Shown: one piece after another, positions 12,101 through 20,698 of the stretch
Numbering within the stretch: the stretch's first letter is position 1
Layout: each line of letters begins with the position of its first letter
DNA from: Macrostomum lignano
Lineage: Eukaryota
Assembly (NCBI GenBank): GCA_002269645.1
Contig: NIVC01001632.1
Span: 124,001-188,000, forward strand
Direction of reading: 5' to 3'
Length of the DNA stretch: 64,000 bases
Position numbers and translations under genes: made by a program
Notes under the pieces: generated by a model
Databases searched by the model: none
What the model was told of the DNA's origin: nothing
The model's input: the letters and a program-made list of their open reading frames with translations, nothing else

Positions 12101-15100
12101 GTTCATGTCTCTTTTCAGCACTCTCTTTTTATCTCTTCTCTCCCCTCTTCTCTCCCCTCTGCTCTCCCCTCTTCTCTCCCCTCTTCTCTCCCCTCTTCTC
12201 TCCCCTCTTCTCTCCCCTCTGCTCTCCCCTCTTCTCTCCCCTCTTCTCTCCCCTCTTCTCTCCCTCTTCTCTCCCTCTTCTCTCCCCTCTTCTCTCCCCT
12301 CTGCTCTCCCTCTTCTCTCCCTCTTCTCTCCCCTCTGCTCTCCCCTCTTCTCTCCCCTCTTCTCTCCCCTCTGCTCTCCCCTCTTCTCTCCCCTCTTCTC
12401 TCCCCTCTTCTCTCCCCTCTTCTCTCCCCTCTTCTCTCCCCTCTTCTCTCCCCTCTTCTCTCCCCTCTTCTCTCCCCTCTTCTCTCCCCTCTTCTCTCCC
12501 CTCTTCTCTCCCCTCTTCTCTCCCCTCTTCTCTCCCCTCTTCTCTCCCCTCTTCTCTCCCCTCTTCTCTCCCTCTTCTCTCCCCTCTTCTCTCCCTCTTC
12601 TCTCCCCTCTTCTCTCCCCTCTTCTCTCCCCTCTTCTCTCCCCTCTTCTCTCCCCTCTTCTCTCCCCTCTTCTCTCCCTCTTCTCTCCCCTCTTCTCTCC
12701 CTCTTCTCTCCCCTCTTCTCTCCCCTCTTCTCTCCCCTCTTCTCTCCCTCTTCTCTCCCCTCTTCTCTCCCCTCTTCTCTCCCCTCTTCTCTCCCTCTTC
12801 TCTCCCTCTTCTCTCCCCTCTTCTCTCCCCTCTTCTCTCCTCTCTTCTCTCCCCTCTTCTCTCCTCTCTTCTCTCCCCTCTTCTCTCCTCTCTTCTCTCC
12901 CCTCTTCTCTCCTCTCTTCTCTCCTCTCTTCTCTCCCCTCTTCTCTCCCCTCTTCTCTTCCCTCTTCTCTACCCTCTTCTCTCCCCTCTCCTCTCCCCTC
13001 TTCTCTCCCCTCTTCTCTCCCCTCTTCTCTCAAGCTAAGCTATCAAATCAAGCTATCAAATTACCTTTTTACATCGCCAGCATGCTCTCGATAGTGCCTC
13101 TGCTTTGAGCCGCTTCCGTGAGGTGAGTAGCTGAGCAGTACGACCAGCCGGCCGGTGGGGTAGACCAGCTCGCCCGTGCTCGGCAGCGATGCCAGGTTCT
13201 TTCGACAGTCGTTGCCCCGGTAACCGTAGCTTAAGAGGAGGAAACAGAGTTTTTCGGTCATGCCATCGCCAATGCGGCACGTGAGAATTTTGTCAAACAT
13301 TTCCAATGGCTTTCCATCAGTGTCTACACCTGGGGTCGGCAATTTTTTTTACCTTAAGGCACAGATAGAGAACCCAGCGCATGGCTGCGAGCCAGAGGAG
13401 GGGATAAAGAAGAGGGGAGTAGAGAAGAGAGATAGGAGAAATTAGAAACGAGGGAAAAACGAAAATAGGGGAAAAAGGACGAGAGGAGAAAAGAGATGAA
13501 ATAGGAGGGGAGAGAAGAGCTTGTAGAGAAGGGAGAAAAGGGAGAGGAAAGAAGAGAGAAGTGAAGGAGAGGAGAGGAGAGGAGAGGAGAGGAGAGGAGA
13601 GGAGAGGAGAGGAGAGGAGAGGAGAGGAGAGGAGAGGAGAGGAGAGGAGAGGAGAGGAGAGGAGAGGAGAGGAGGAGAGAGGAGAGGAGAGGAGAGGAGA
13701 GGAGAGGAGAGAGGAGAGGAGAGGAGAGGAGAGGAGAGGAGAGGAGAGGAGAGGAGAGGAGAGGAGAGAGAGAGAGGAGAGGAGAGGAGAGGAGAGGAGA
13801 GGAGAGGAGAGGAGAGGAGAGGAGAGGAGAGGAGAGGAGAGGAGAGGAGAGGAGAGGAGAGGAGAGGAGAGGAGACGAGAGAAGAGGAGACGAGAGAAGA
13901 GGAGACGAGAGGAGAGGAGACGAGAGGAGAGGAGACGAGAGGAGAGGAGAGGAGAGGAGAGGAGAGGAGAGGAGAGGAGACGAGAGAAGAGGAGACGAGA
14001 GGAGAGGAGAGGAGAGGAGAGGAGAGGAGAGGAGAGGAGAGGAGAGGAGAGGAGAGGAGAGGAGAGGAGAGGAGAGGAGAGGAGACGAGACGAGACGAGA
14101 GGAGACGAGAGGAAAGGAGAGGAGAGGAGAGGAGAGGAGACGAGAGAGAAGGAGAGAAGATTGTAGAGAAGGGAGCTGAGAAGAGCCAAAAACCTTTAGC
14201 GGGGCCGGATTGCTGTTTTGAAGTTTTTGTGCACCACATGCGGCCCTTCGGGCAGGAGTTTGCCGACCCCTAATCCACATCTATGCTTCCACCTTACACC
14301 CAGTCCAGTTCGAGCCGGTCAACGGGCTCCGGCTGCACCTCCGTGGTCGCCCCGTCGGTCCATTGTATGTCATCTGGACACGTGATCAGCCGCTCGCCAA
14401 ATCTGCAGTTGATTTCCAGCTGCCTGATTGCCATCGCTATCGGATGCTGAATAGGAGACGGCGTCAGCTGTGCTGCTGGGTGCTGCTGATGCGGTATCGC
14501 CAGTTGATTTTTACTGCCACCTCCCAGGTGCGCCACTGCAGGGGTTGGAACGGCTTCGATTCCAGAAGCAGCAGCAAACGAACTCCTGGACCCGTTGATT
14601 CCGATCGACTTCTTAGCTGGCGATTGGCCTCGCAAACCGTCTTTGCGATTGTCTTTGCCATTCTCAACGACTTCGTCGCCGCTCTCCGTTGATGCGAGGG
14701 TCACCGTGGACCAGGTGGCACTGCTGGCTGCCTGCAAGACGGTGCAAAGTAAACTAATGCAGTCAATTATGTTCTGGTACGACAAGCAATATCACACAAG
14801 GTCACATGTTGAACCCGCGTGATTTACCGAGCTGGTCCCGCTGAGCGATTGAAGACTCGCGTTGATCGCCGCACTGACGGTCTTGGCCGATTCCTGCCTG
14901 GGCGCCTCCGGGTGCGCTTCGAAGTAGGCCTGCTGTGCCTGCTGCAGGAACTTCATGAACTTCTGCCAGCTGAATTGGAGAAGTTGGGATTTTATGGAGA
15001 GTAAAAAATTACGGCTGGTAAGAAAGACGTCGCTTAAAAATGATAAAAATGTTTTTCCCTCACCGCACAGCTCCAGTTGCTGAATCTTTACATTGATGGA

Positions 15101-18100
15101 GCACAGCTGCCAGCACCGAGCCATAGACTGGATTGTCGTACCTGGCGCACACATCCAGCACCTGAAGGGGTTCGCATTGTAAGGTTCATTCATGTCTTAT
15201 ATTTCTATGTCTATATTTGTCTTGGGCTAAGTGACACCGCTCAGTCTGAACGGACTGTAAGTGACACCGCAGTCTGAACGGACTGTATGTGACACTGCAG
15301 TCTGAACGGACTGTAAGTGACATGCAGTCTGAACGGACTGTAAGTGACACTGCAGTCTGAAAGGACTGTAAGTGACACTGCAGTCTGAAAGGACTGTAAG
15401 TGACATGCAGTCTGAACGGACTGTAAGTGACATGCAGTCTGAACGGGCTGTAAGTGACATGCAGTCTGAACGGACTGTAAGTGACACTGCAGTCTGAATG
15501 GACTGTAAGTGACACTGCAGTCTGAAAGGACTGTAAGTGACATGCAGTCTGAACGGACTGTAAGTGACATGCAGTCTGAACGGGCTGTAAGTGACATGCA
15601 GTCTGAACGGGCTGTAAGTGACATGCAGTCTGAATGGACTGTAAGTGACACTGCAGACTGAACGAACTGTAAGTGACACTGCAGTCTGAACGGACTGTAA
15701 GTGACACTGCAGACTGAACGAACTGTAAGTGACACTGCAGTCTGAACGGACTGTAAGTGACACTGCAGTCTGAAAGGACTGTAAGTGACACTGCAGTCTG
15801 AAAGGACTGTAAGTGACATGCAGTCTGAACGGACTGTAAGTGACATGCAGTCTGAACGGGCTGTAAGTGACATGCAGTCTGAACGGGCTGTAAGTGACAT
15901 GCAGTCTGAATGGACTGTAAGTGACACTGCAGACTGAACGAACTGTAAGTGACATGCAGTCTGAACGGGCTGTAAGTGACACTGCAGTCTGAACGGACTG
16001 TAAGTGACATGCAGTCTGAATGGACTGTAAGTGACACTGCAGACTGAACGAACTGTAAGTGACATGCAGTCTGAACGGCTCACCGCACGCTTTGGCAGCA
16101 GGCCGCTCCTACTGTTGTCCCGCTTGCGAAGGTCCCTCCGGATGATGTCTAAATCCACGTATCGCCTGTGCAGCGCCAGCTGCTCAACCACGCGCCGAGT
16201 GAGCTCCGACGAGGCCGCAGTGGTCGATTCCGAGCTCTCCAGGAGGCCTGCTCCAGTGGAAACTTGGACGCTCTCTCGACGGGTATCGGCATGAGCGCTC
16301 ACCAGACGGAAGGTAGCGGCGTCGCTGTCAACCCAGCCCGTGGCGGCGGAGCTCAAACTCGCCTGACTGTCGTTCAAGTGCGCACGGCTGTCAGTTTGAT
16401 CGATACCGACAACATCGGCGGCGCATGCGGCAGCCAGACGGTCGAGTAGTCGTTCAGACAACGGCATCTGGTGCTCGTTGGCAAGTCTGTGCAAATCTTT
16501 GCATGGCAGGGCGCCTTCGGCTGTGGAAGCGGCGCTCAGCGCGGAGACGAAAGCGCGGAGTTTCAACCGGCTGACCGACTCCAACAAGCGGGTCAGCTGG
16601 CGCTGAAGAGGCTCGGATTGCGGTCCTCCATCACTGGCGTCTGCGGAAGCAATTTAAAAATTTAAGTGGGCTATTGTAGCCGCCATTCGAGTGCTATGGT
16701 TAGGGTAGGGTAGGGTAGGGCTAGGGTAGGGTTAGGGTTGGGTTAGGTTTGGGTTAGAGTAGGGTCAGGGTAGGGTAGTTTTAGGGTAGGGTTAGTGTAG
16801 GGTTTTTTGTAGAGTTTGTTAAGATTTGCAAAGGGGGTCCGGGAGACAAAAAGATGCAGGCAGTTTGCAACAATGTCACATAATAAGTTTCCAATCCAAT
16901 CGTTTGAAGTTTCACTCAGATTTCGGTGCACTAATTTACGATTATCTTAATGTAACTTTTCAGAGCAAGGAATTTAGGAACATTCAAAAGCTTTATTAGG
17001 CAAAGATTGCAATGAATTGAACTCCCCCCAGTGCGTGCCGTGTTAGTGAAGAATTGAAGAATTTGCGTCCGTTCCAGCCTCCGTTGGCGATCCCCCATCA
17101 GCGTCCAAACCCTTGGCCAGAGAAGTTCTAAGTCAGCATCGCCCCATCATCATAAAACTGCGAGCGACCTCTCGGTTCCGGGGAGCAACAATGGCCAAAC
17201 CGAGGCACTTCCTGCCGGGGAGTTAGGGCATTTTTATCCCGAGAGACCTGCTCCAGCCTTCCCTACTTACCTACAGCAGGTATGCTTGGGTTAACAACAA
17301 GGTGAATTGGTGCGGTTTATTAGCCAGAAAGCATCACTAAGGCGGTGGCCACGCTGTCAAGCAAACGACAAGAATACCTCTGGTTGGCAAGGCTGATCAT
17401 GGGAGCCGGCTGGAGCATTGAAAAAATCAAAGCCAAGAGGTTCTGAGCACAGAGAGCGGTTGGCGTATGAGCAACCCAATAACAAATTAACGCAGTAGGT
17501 GCAAAAATTTGCTTTTATGTTTCTTCTGACTGCTACCTAATTTTTTCTTTTTTCGTTTAAAAAATTCCCGGTGATTAGTAATTATTGATGTGTGCCTAAC
17601 TGCCTACCTACCTACCTACCTTCCTACCTACCTACCTATCTACCTGCAAATCTACCTACTTAACTACCTATCTATCTGCCAATCTACCCACGGGTACCTA
17701 AATGCCAACCTATCAACCTACAAACCTACCAACCTACCAACCTACCAACCTACTAACCTACCAACATACCTACCTACCTACCAACATACCTACCTACCTA
17801 CCTACCTACCTACCTACCTACCTACCTACCTACCTACCAACATACCTACCTACCTACCTACCTACCTACCTACCTACCTACCTACCAACATACCTACCTA
17901 CCTACCTACCTACCTACCTAGACTACTCTTAAATCAGACAAAACTACAATAGAATGAAGTCACTCAGTTATTCAGCTCACTTTAAGAGAAGCAACTGCTA
18001 TTTTGTTTTGTTACTTTGCTTTTTCAACATCAATTTCCTGTGTGATTTGAAAGTCATAAAAACTTTACAAGATGGCCAGCTTCTGGCTTAAAAATAACTA

Positions 18101-18759
18101 GAAACACTAATTTAATAATAATAACAATTGATAACACCTGCCCTAATGGCCAGATGTGCAACCGACAGCTCAGCCGCAGCTACTGCGCGGCGCATCTGAA
18201 GGCTGCGTACGGCTGTTCAGTCCAAGGACTGGGGGGTCGTCACACACAGCCTTAATTACCCCAGCTAATGCTGGCACCCATTTTACAGCTGGGTGAACTG
18301 AAGCAATGCAGAGTTAAGTGTCCTGCTCAAGGACACAAATTGTTCTTAGTGGGATCGAGAATCGAACCCCGACCTTCAAGTCGTGAGTCCAACGCTCTAA
18401 CCACTGGGCTACAAACACTAAAGGCAGTCAATTTTGCAATTTTGCAACCAGCTGAAATATGTATAACGAATTTTCTAATCTAATTTTCTTAAGCATTTTT
18501 CCCGAAAACGTTGGGCCTTCAAGTACAAATTCCAGGGAGCGTCCTTGTTCTTCTAGCGGTCCTTGGAAGCTTAAACGGTTCTTGGCCTTCAGCATAATTA
18601 GTCAAATTAGTCAGCGCTTCCTGCATGCTCACCGGCGCAGTTGCTGTGGGCTGCCCAGCTGCCAATTCTCTTCATTCTTTGAGGCGGCGAGCCCTCGTTG
18701 GAGAGGCCGAAGTTGCAGACCTCGCGGCCCTTCTGCCGCTGCCGGGGCTGCTTCTGCAT
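181..18759 (-). CDS. EML: EML/EMAP-family (HELP motif + WD40 TAPE domain) microtubule-associated protein with N-terminal EF-hand-like region; 14 coding exons, ~1167 aa
   Basis: Exons assembled by GT-AG sites with consistent phases: 18633-18759, 16084-16640, 15064-15161, 14828-14969, 14298-14731, 13065-13229, 11528-11690, 8388-8789, 6488-7099, 5407-5569, 4031-4318, 3268-3363, 3037-3170, 181-303 (3504 nt, open to TGA at 181-183). Spliced product gives LELDWV|[12 protein letters not shown] (HELP hallmark), [39 protein letters not shown] and C-terminal [17 protein letters not shown], all typical of EML proteins. The first exon and start codon are less certain. Confidence 0.88.
379..3012 (+). repeat. 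41-bp minisatellite (CCAACAGCATCCAACATCAACCGGACACCAACCAACTCTAC)n, ~64 copies, fills the last EML intron
   Basis: Directly visible period. Translation cycles through three frames every 123 nt, producing the spurious 269-aa and 618-aa ORFs. Confidence 0.97.
3677..3978 (-). mobile_element. tRNA-derived SINE (CORE-like body, (TTA)n tail), copy 1
   Basis: Reverse complement has a Pol III A box (TAGCC..AGT..) and B box (GGTTCGATTC), body TCCTTGAGCAAGGCAC...TTCACCCAGCTGTAAAATGGG and an ATT-repeat tail; five copies in the window. Confidence 0.88.
4475..4772 (-). mobile_element. tRNA-derived SINE, copy 2
   Basis: Near-identical to the copies at 3677 and 18111. Confidence 0.88.
4862..5345. mobile_element. 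Degraded copy of the foldback MITE family seen at 8937-9634
   Basis: Shares TTTTCATTTTT.CAGCA.AAAAATTG...TTTTGATAGGAG.CAGATCCA.TGTT and the opposite-arm AATCCTAATTTT..AAAGCTTTA..ACATTGGGTCTGCCTCCT. Confidence 0.6.
5659..6422 (+). repeat. (GGAA)n microsatellite, ~760 bp
   Basis: Directly visible. Confidence 0.98.
7200..8290 (+). mobile_element. Unclassified insertion, possibly a solo LTR or retroelement terminal repeat
   Basis: ~1.1-kb non-coding block of mixed composition in an EML intron, with TATA box CCTATAAATAC (~7505) followed by a GC-richer leader and two donor-like GGTAAG sites. I could not define TG..CA ends with a TSD. Confidence 0.3.
8937..9634. mobile_element. Foldback/MITE element with ~260-bp near-perfect terminal inverted repeats
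   Basis: 8937-~9196 (CAAGGACGACTTAAGTAGAAGGACGGGAAACCTCG...) is the reverse complement of ~9374-9634; TATA flanks on both sides suggest a TA target (Tc1/mariner-like). Confidence 0.9.
10085..10383 (+). repeat. 44-bp minisatellite (CAGCTGATGGCCATAGACAAACTGCCGATAGGTTAATAATGTTT), ~7 copies
   Basis: Period 44 counted (10085, 10129, ...). Confidence 0.95.
10743..10976 (-). CDS. Small secreted prepropeptide (77 aa), candidate cationic alpha-helical antimicrobial peptide precursor, nested in an EML intron
   Basis: [19 protein letters not shown] (signal-like) + [33 protein letters not shown] (7 Glu) + KK + [23 protein letters not shown] (+7, no acidic residues). GC3-rich codons like the host exons, set in AT-rich intron. 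Confidence 0.75.
   Translation of the reverse strand: MKWQLALGLLLCVALAAAAPSQQEEAETASALEALANLGESGLTEEGFQQLAKKGIRIRKVVRVIRNIKKVAHAIAN
11071..11078 (-). promoter_or_regulatory. Possible TATA-like box (CATAAATG) for the nested peptide gene
   Basis: ~95 nt upstream of the ATG. C/EBP-like TTATGCAA (~11180) and a GACTCA/TGAGTC dyad (~11140) lie further upstream; short motifs are weak evidence. Confidence 0.3.
11994..13031 (-). mobile_element. hAT (Charlie/MER58-like) MITE, one end only, with expanded CT-rich interior
   Basis: Starts CAGGGGTCGGCAAACTCC; the following GCAATCCGGCCC..AAGGTT..CTCTT.TCAGC is homologous to the reverse complement of 14160-14272. Confidence 0.7.
12135..13031 (+). repeat. 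(CTCTTCTCCC/CCCTCTTCT)n 9-10-bp pyrimidine array
   Basis: Directly visible. Confidence 0.96.
13330..14272 (+). mobile_element. hAT (Charlie/MER58-like) MITE, both ends present, interior expanded to (GAGAG)n
   Basis: Left CTGGGGTCGGCAA..AAGGCACAGATAG..TGCGAGCCA; right GGAGTTTGCCGACCCCTA. Degraded 8-bp TSD GTCTACAC / ATCCACAT (three transitions), compatible with the Charlie-type NTCTAGAN preference. Confidence 0.75.
13565..14150 (+). repeat. (GAGAG)n pentamer microsatellite
   Basis: Directly visible. Confidence 0.97.
15232..16078 (+). repeat. 27/28-bp minisatellite (GCAGTCTGAACGGACTGTAAGTGACA[C]T)n, ~30 copies
   Basis: Visible period; each unit contains a CAGTC..GACTG dyad; begins ~5 nt from the donor of exon 16084-16640. 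Confidence 0.96.
16698..16803 (+). repeat. Degenerate TTAGGG/TAGGG telomere-like tract
   Basis: GGTTAGGGTAGGGTAGGGTAGGGCTAGGGTAGGGTTAGGG... Confidence 0.7.
17602..17918 (+). repeat. (CCTA)n microsatellite
   Basis: Directly visible. Confidence 0.95.
18111..18412 (-). mobile_element. tRNA-derived SINE, copy 3, with 9-bp TSD AAACACTAA
   Basis: TSD at 18102-18110 and 18413-18421; head (reverse complement) TGTAGCCCAGTGGTTAGAGCG...GGTTCGATTCTC. Confidence 0.92.
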
Positions 18760-19344
18760 GATCGCTGCTGTTAGAATCGCCAATTGCAAGCTGATCTGCA
18801 ATCATAACTCAATCAGCTGCAGCGCTTCCCAGTCTGCTCAAGTCAACCCTGATTTCTTGAGTCTGTTTAAAAATGATCCGCTCCGCTCCAAGCCAACTTT
18901 TCCTAGCCCTCGCGTAAGGCCGCTGATCCACTCCAATCGAACGGCAGCCAAGGAAGCAAACACACACAAACACAAGCGGCCCCAACTCCCAAGGCGACCT
19001 TGAGCCAACGGTGCAGTATTGAATACTGCTAAGCTAATCCCTTTTTACCTGAGAGGCTAGCAAGCACCCCTCAGCTCCTGCTAACCCTACTCTTTTCTCT
19101 CTCGCCTCTCCATAGGGAATGCAAGTGGCAGGCACTGTTCACTTTTTCTTTCCAATCTAAAGCCAACTTTTCCGTTCTTAATCAATCTAAAAAAAATCTT
19201 CAGCATAATAAAAGCTACCGACTCTGTGCTGGAGCTGTGTGATGCGGCAGTTCTGAATTTGTAAGTACTAACGTACTTTTGAAATTGCTAAATTTCTACA
19301 GCTTAGACAGACTTGAGTCTGGAGTCTTGATCATTTCTCTCGAA

Positions 19345-20163
19345 CCGTGAGAATCTGATCTGCCTCTCCGCCCCTCAAACCGTGAGAATCTGCCTCTCCG
19401 CTCCTTCAAACCGTGAGAATCTGCCTCTCCGCCCCCTCAATCCGTGAGAATCTGCCTCTCCGCCCCTCAATCCGTGAGAATCTGCCTCTCCGCTCCTTCA
19501 AACCGTGAGAATCTGCCTCTCCGCCCCTCAAACCGTGAGAATCTGCCTCTCCGCTCCCTCAATCCGTGAGAATCTGCCTCTCCGCTCCTTCAAACCGTGA
19601 GAATCTGCCTCTCCGCCCCCTCAATCCGTGAGAATCTGCCTCTCCGCCCCTCAATCCGTGAGAATCTGCCTCTCCGCTCCTTCAAACCGTGAGAATCTGC
19701 CTCTCCGCCCCTCAAACCGTGAGAATCTGCCTCTCCGCTCCCTCAATCCGTGAGAATCTGCCTCTCCGCTCCTTCAAACCGTGAGAATCTGCCTCTCCGC
19801 CCCCTCAATCCGTGAGAATCTGCCTCTCCGCCCCTCAAACCGTGAGAATCTGCCTCTCCGCCCCCTCAATCCGTGAGAATCTGCCTCTCCGCCCCTCAAT
19901 CCGTGAGAATCTACCTCTCCGCCCCTCAATCCGTGAGAATCTGCCTCTCCGCCCCTCAAACCGTGAGAATCTGCCTCTCCGCCCCTCAAACCGTGAGAAT
20001 CTGCCTCTCCGCTCCCTCAAACCGTGAGAATCTGCCTCTCCGCTCCCTCAAACCGTGAGAATCTGCCTCTCCGCCCCTCAAACCGTGAGAATCTGCCTCT
20101 CCGCCCCTCAAACCGTGAGAATCTGCCTCTCCGCTCCCTCAAACCGTGAGAATCTGCCTCTCC
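19345..20163 (+). repeat. 30/31-bp minisatellite (CCGTGAGAATCTGCCTCTCCGCCCCTCAAA)n
   Basis: Visible period, ~27 copies, upstream of the EML start. Confidence 0.96.
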
Positions 20164-20698
20164 AGCCCCAATGTGGCGCCGAAATGAGTAATATTTCTCA
20201 ATATACGTGAAGTGTACGATTGGCATCATTCTATCAGAGTGGGTCCAGCGCACTCATAATTTGTATATTTATTTGAAACGAACTAACAAACAGATAAACA
20301 AATCGTTAACAAGGCCAAGCAGTTATAGCTTTGATTTGAACAATTTACTGGTCACATTTCAAAACGCATATGCTGTTACAATTGAAGCACAAAAAGACTA
20401 AAAATAGAAAGAGAAGATACACGCAAAAGGAATGTTGAATAGGATATTAATCATAGTAAAACATTGCCCTCAGTAGTTATAAATGGAATGGAATGAGCTC
20501 AGCTTCACAGGAAGTTTCTTAGTCTCCCAGTTTACAGGTGAAAATACTGATAAATACTTAATTTGTACACAACTAACGGGAAAACAGCTGCAATCTAGAA
20601 ATTATGATTGATATGATTTTAAAACTAAAAAACTCAATATGCACTACTCATTCAGGCAAGGCGAGTAGTCTAAAGCGATTTTTCTCGGATTAGCGCTA

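Noticed and set aside
12026-14280. SSLP / ERRG repeat ORFs
   Set aside because: Microsatellite translations.
18340-18412. tRNA gene (also at the other SINE heads and ~42370-42445)
   Set aside because: A/B boxes are present but there is no complete acceptor stem; the sequence runs into the SINE body. The 42370 fragment is too short to classify.
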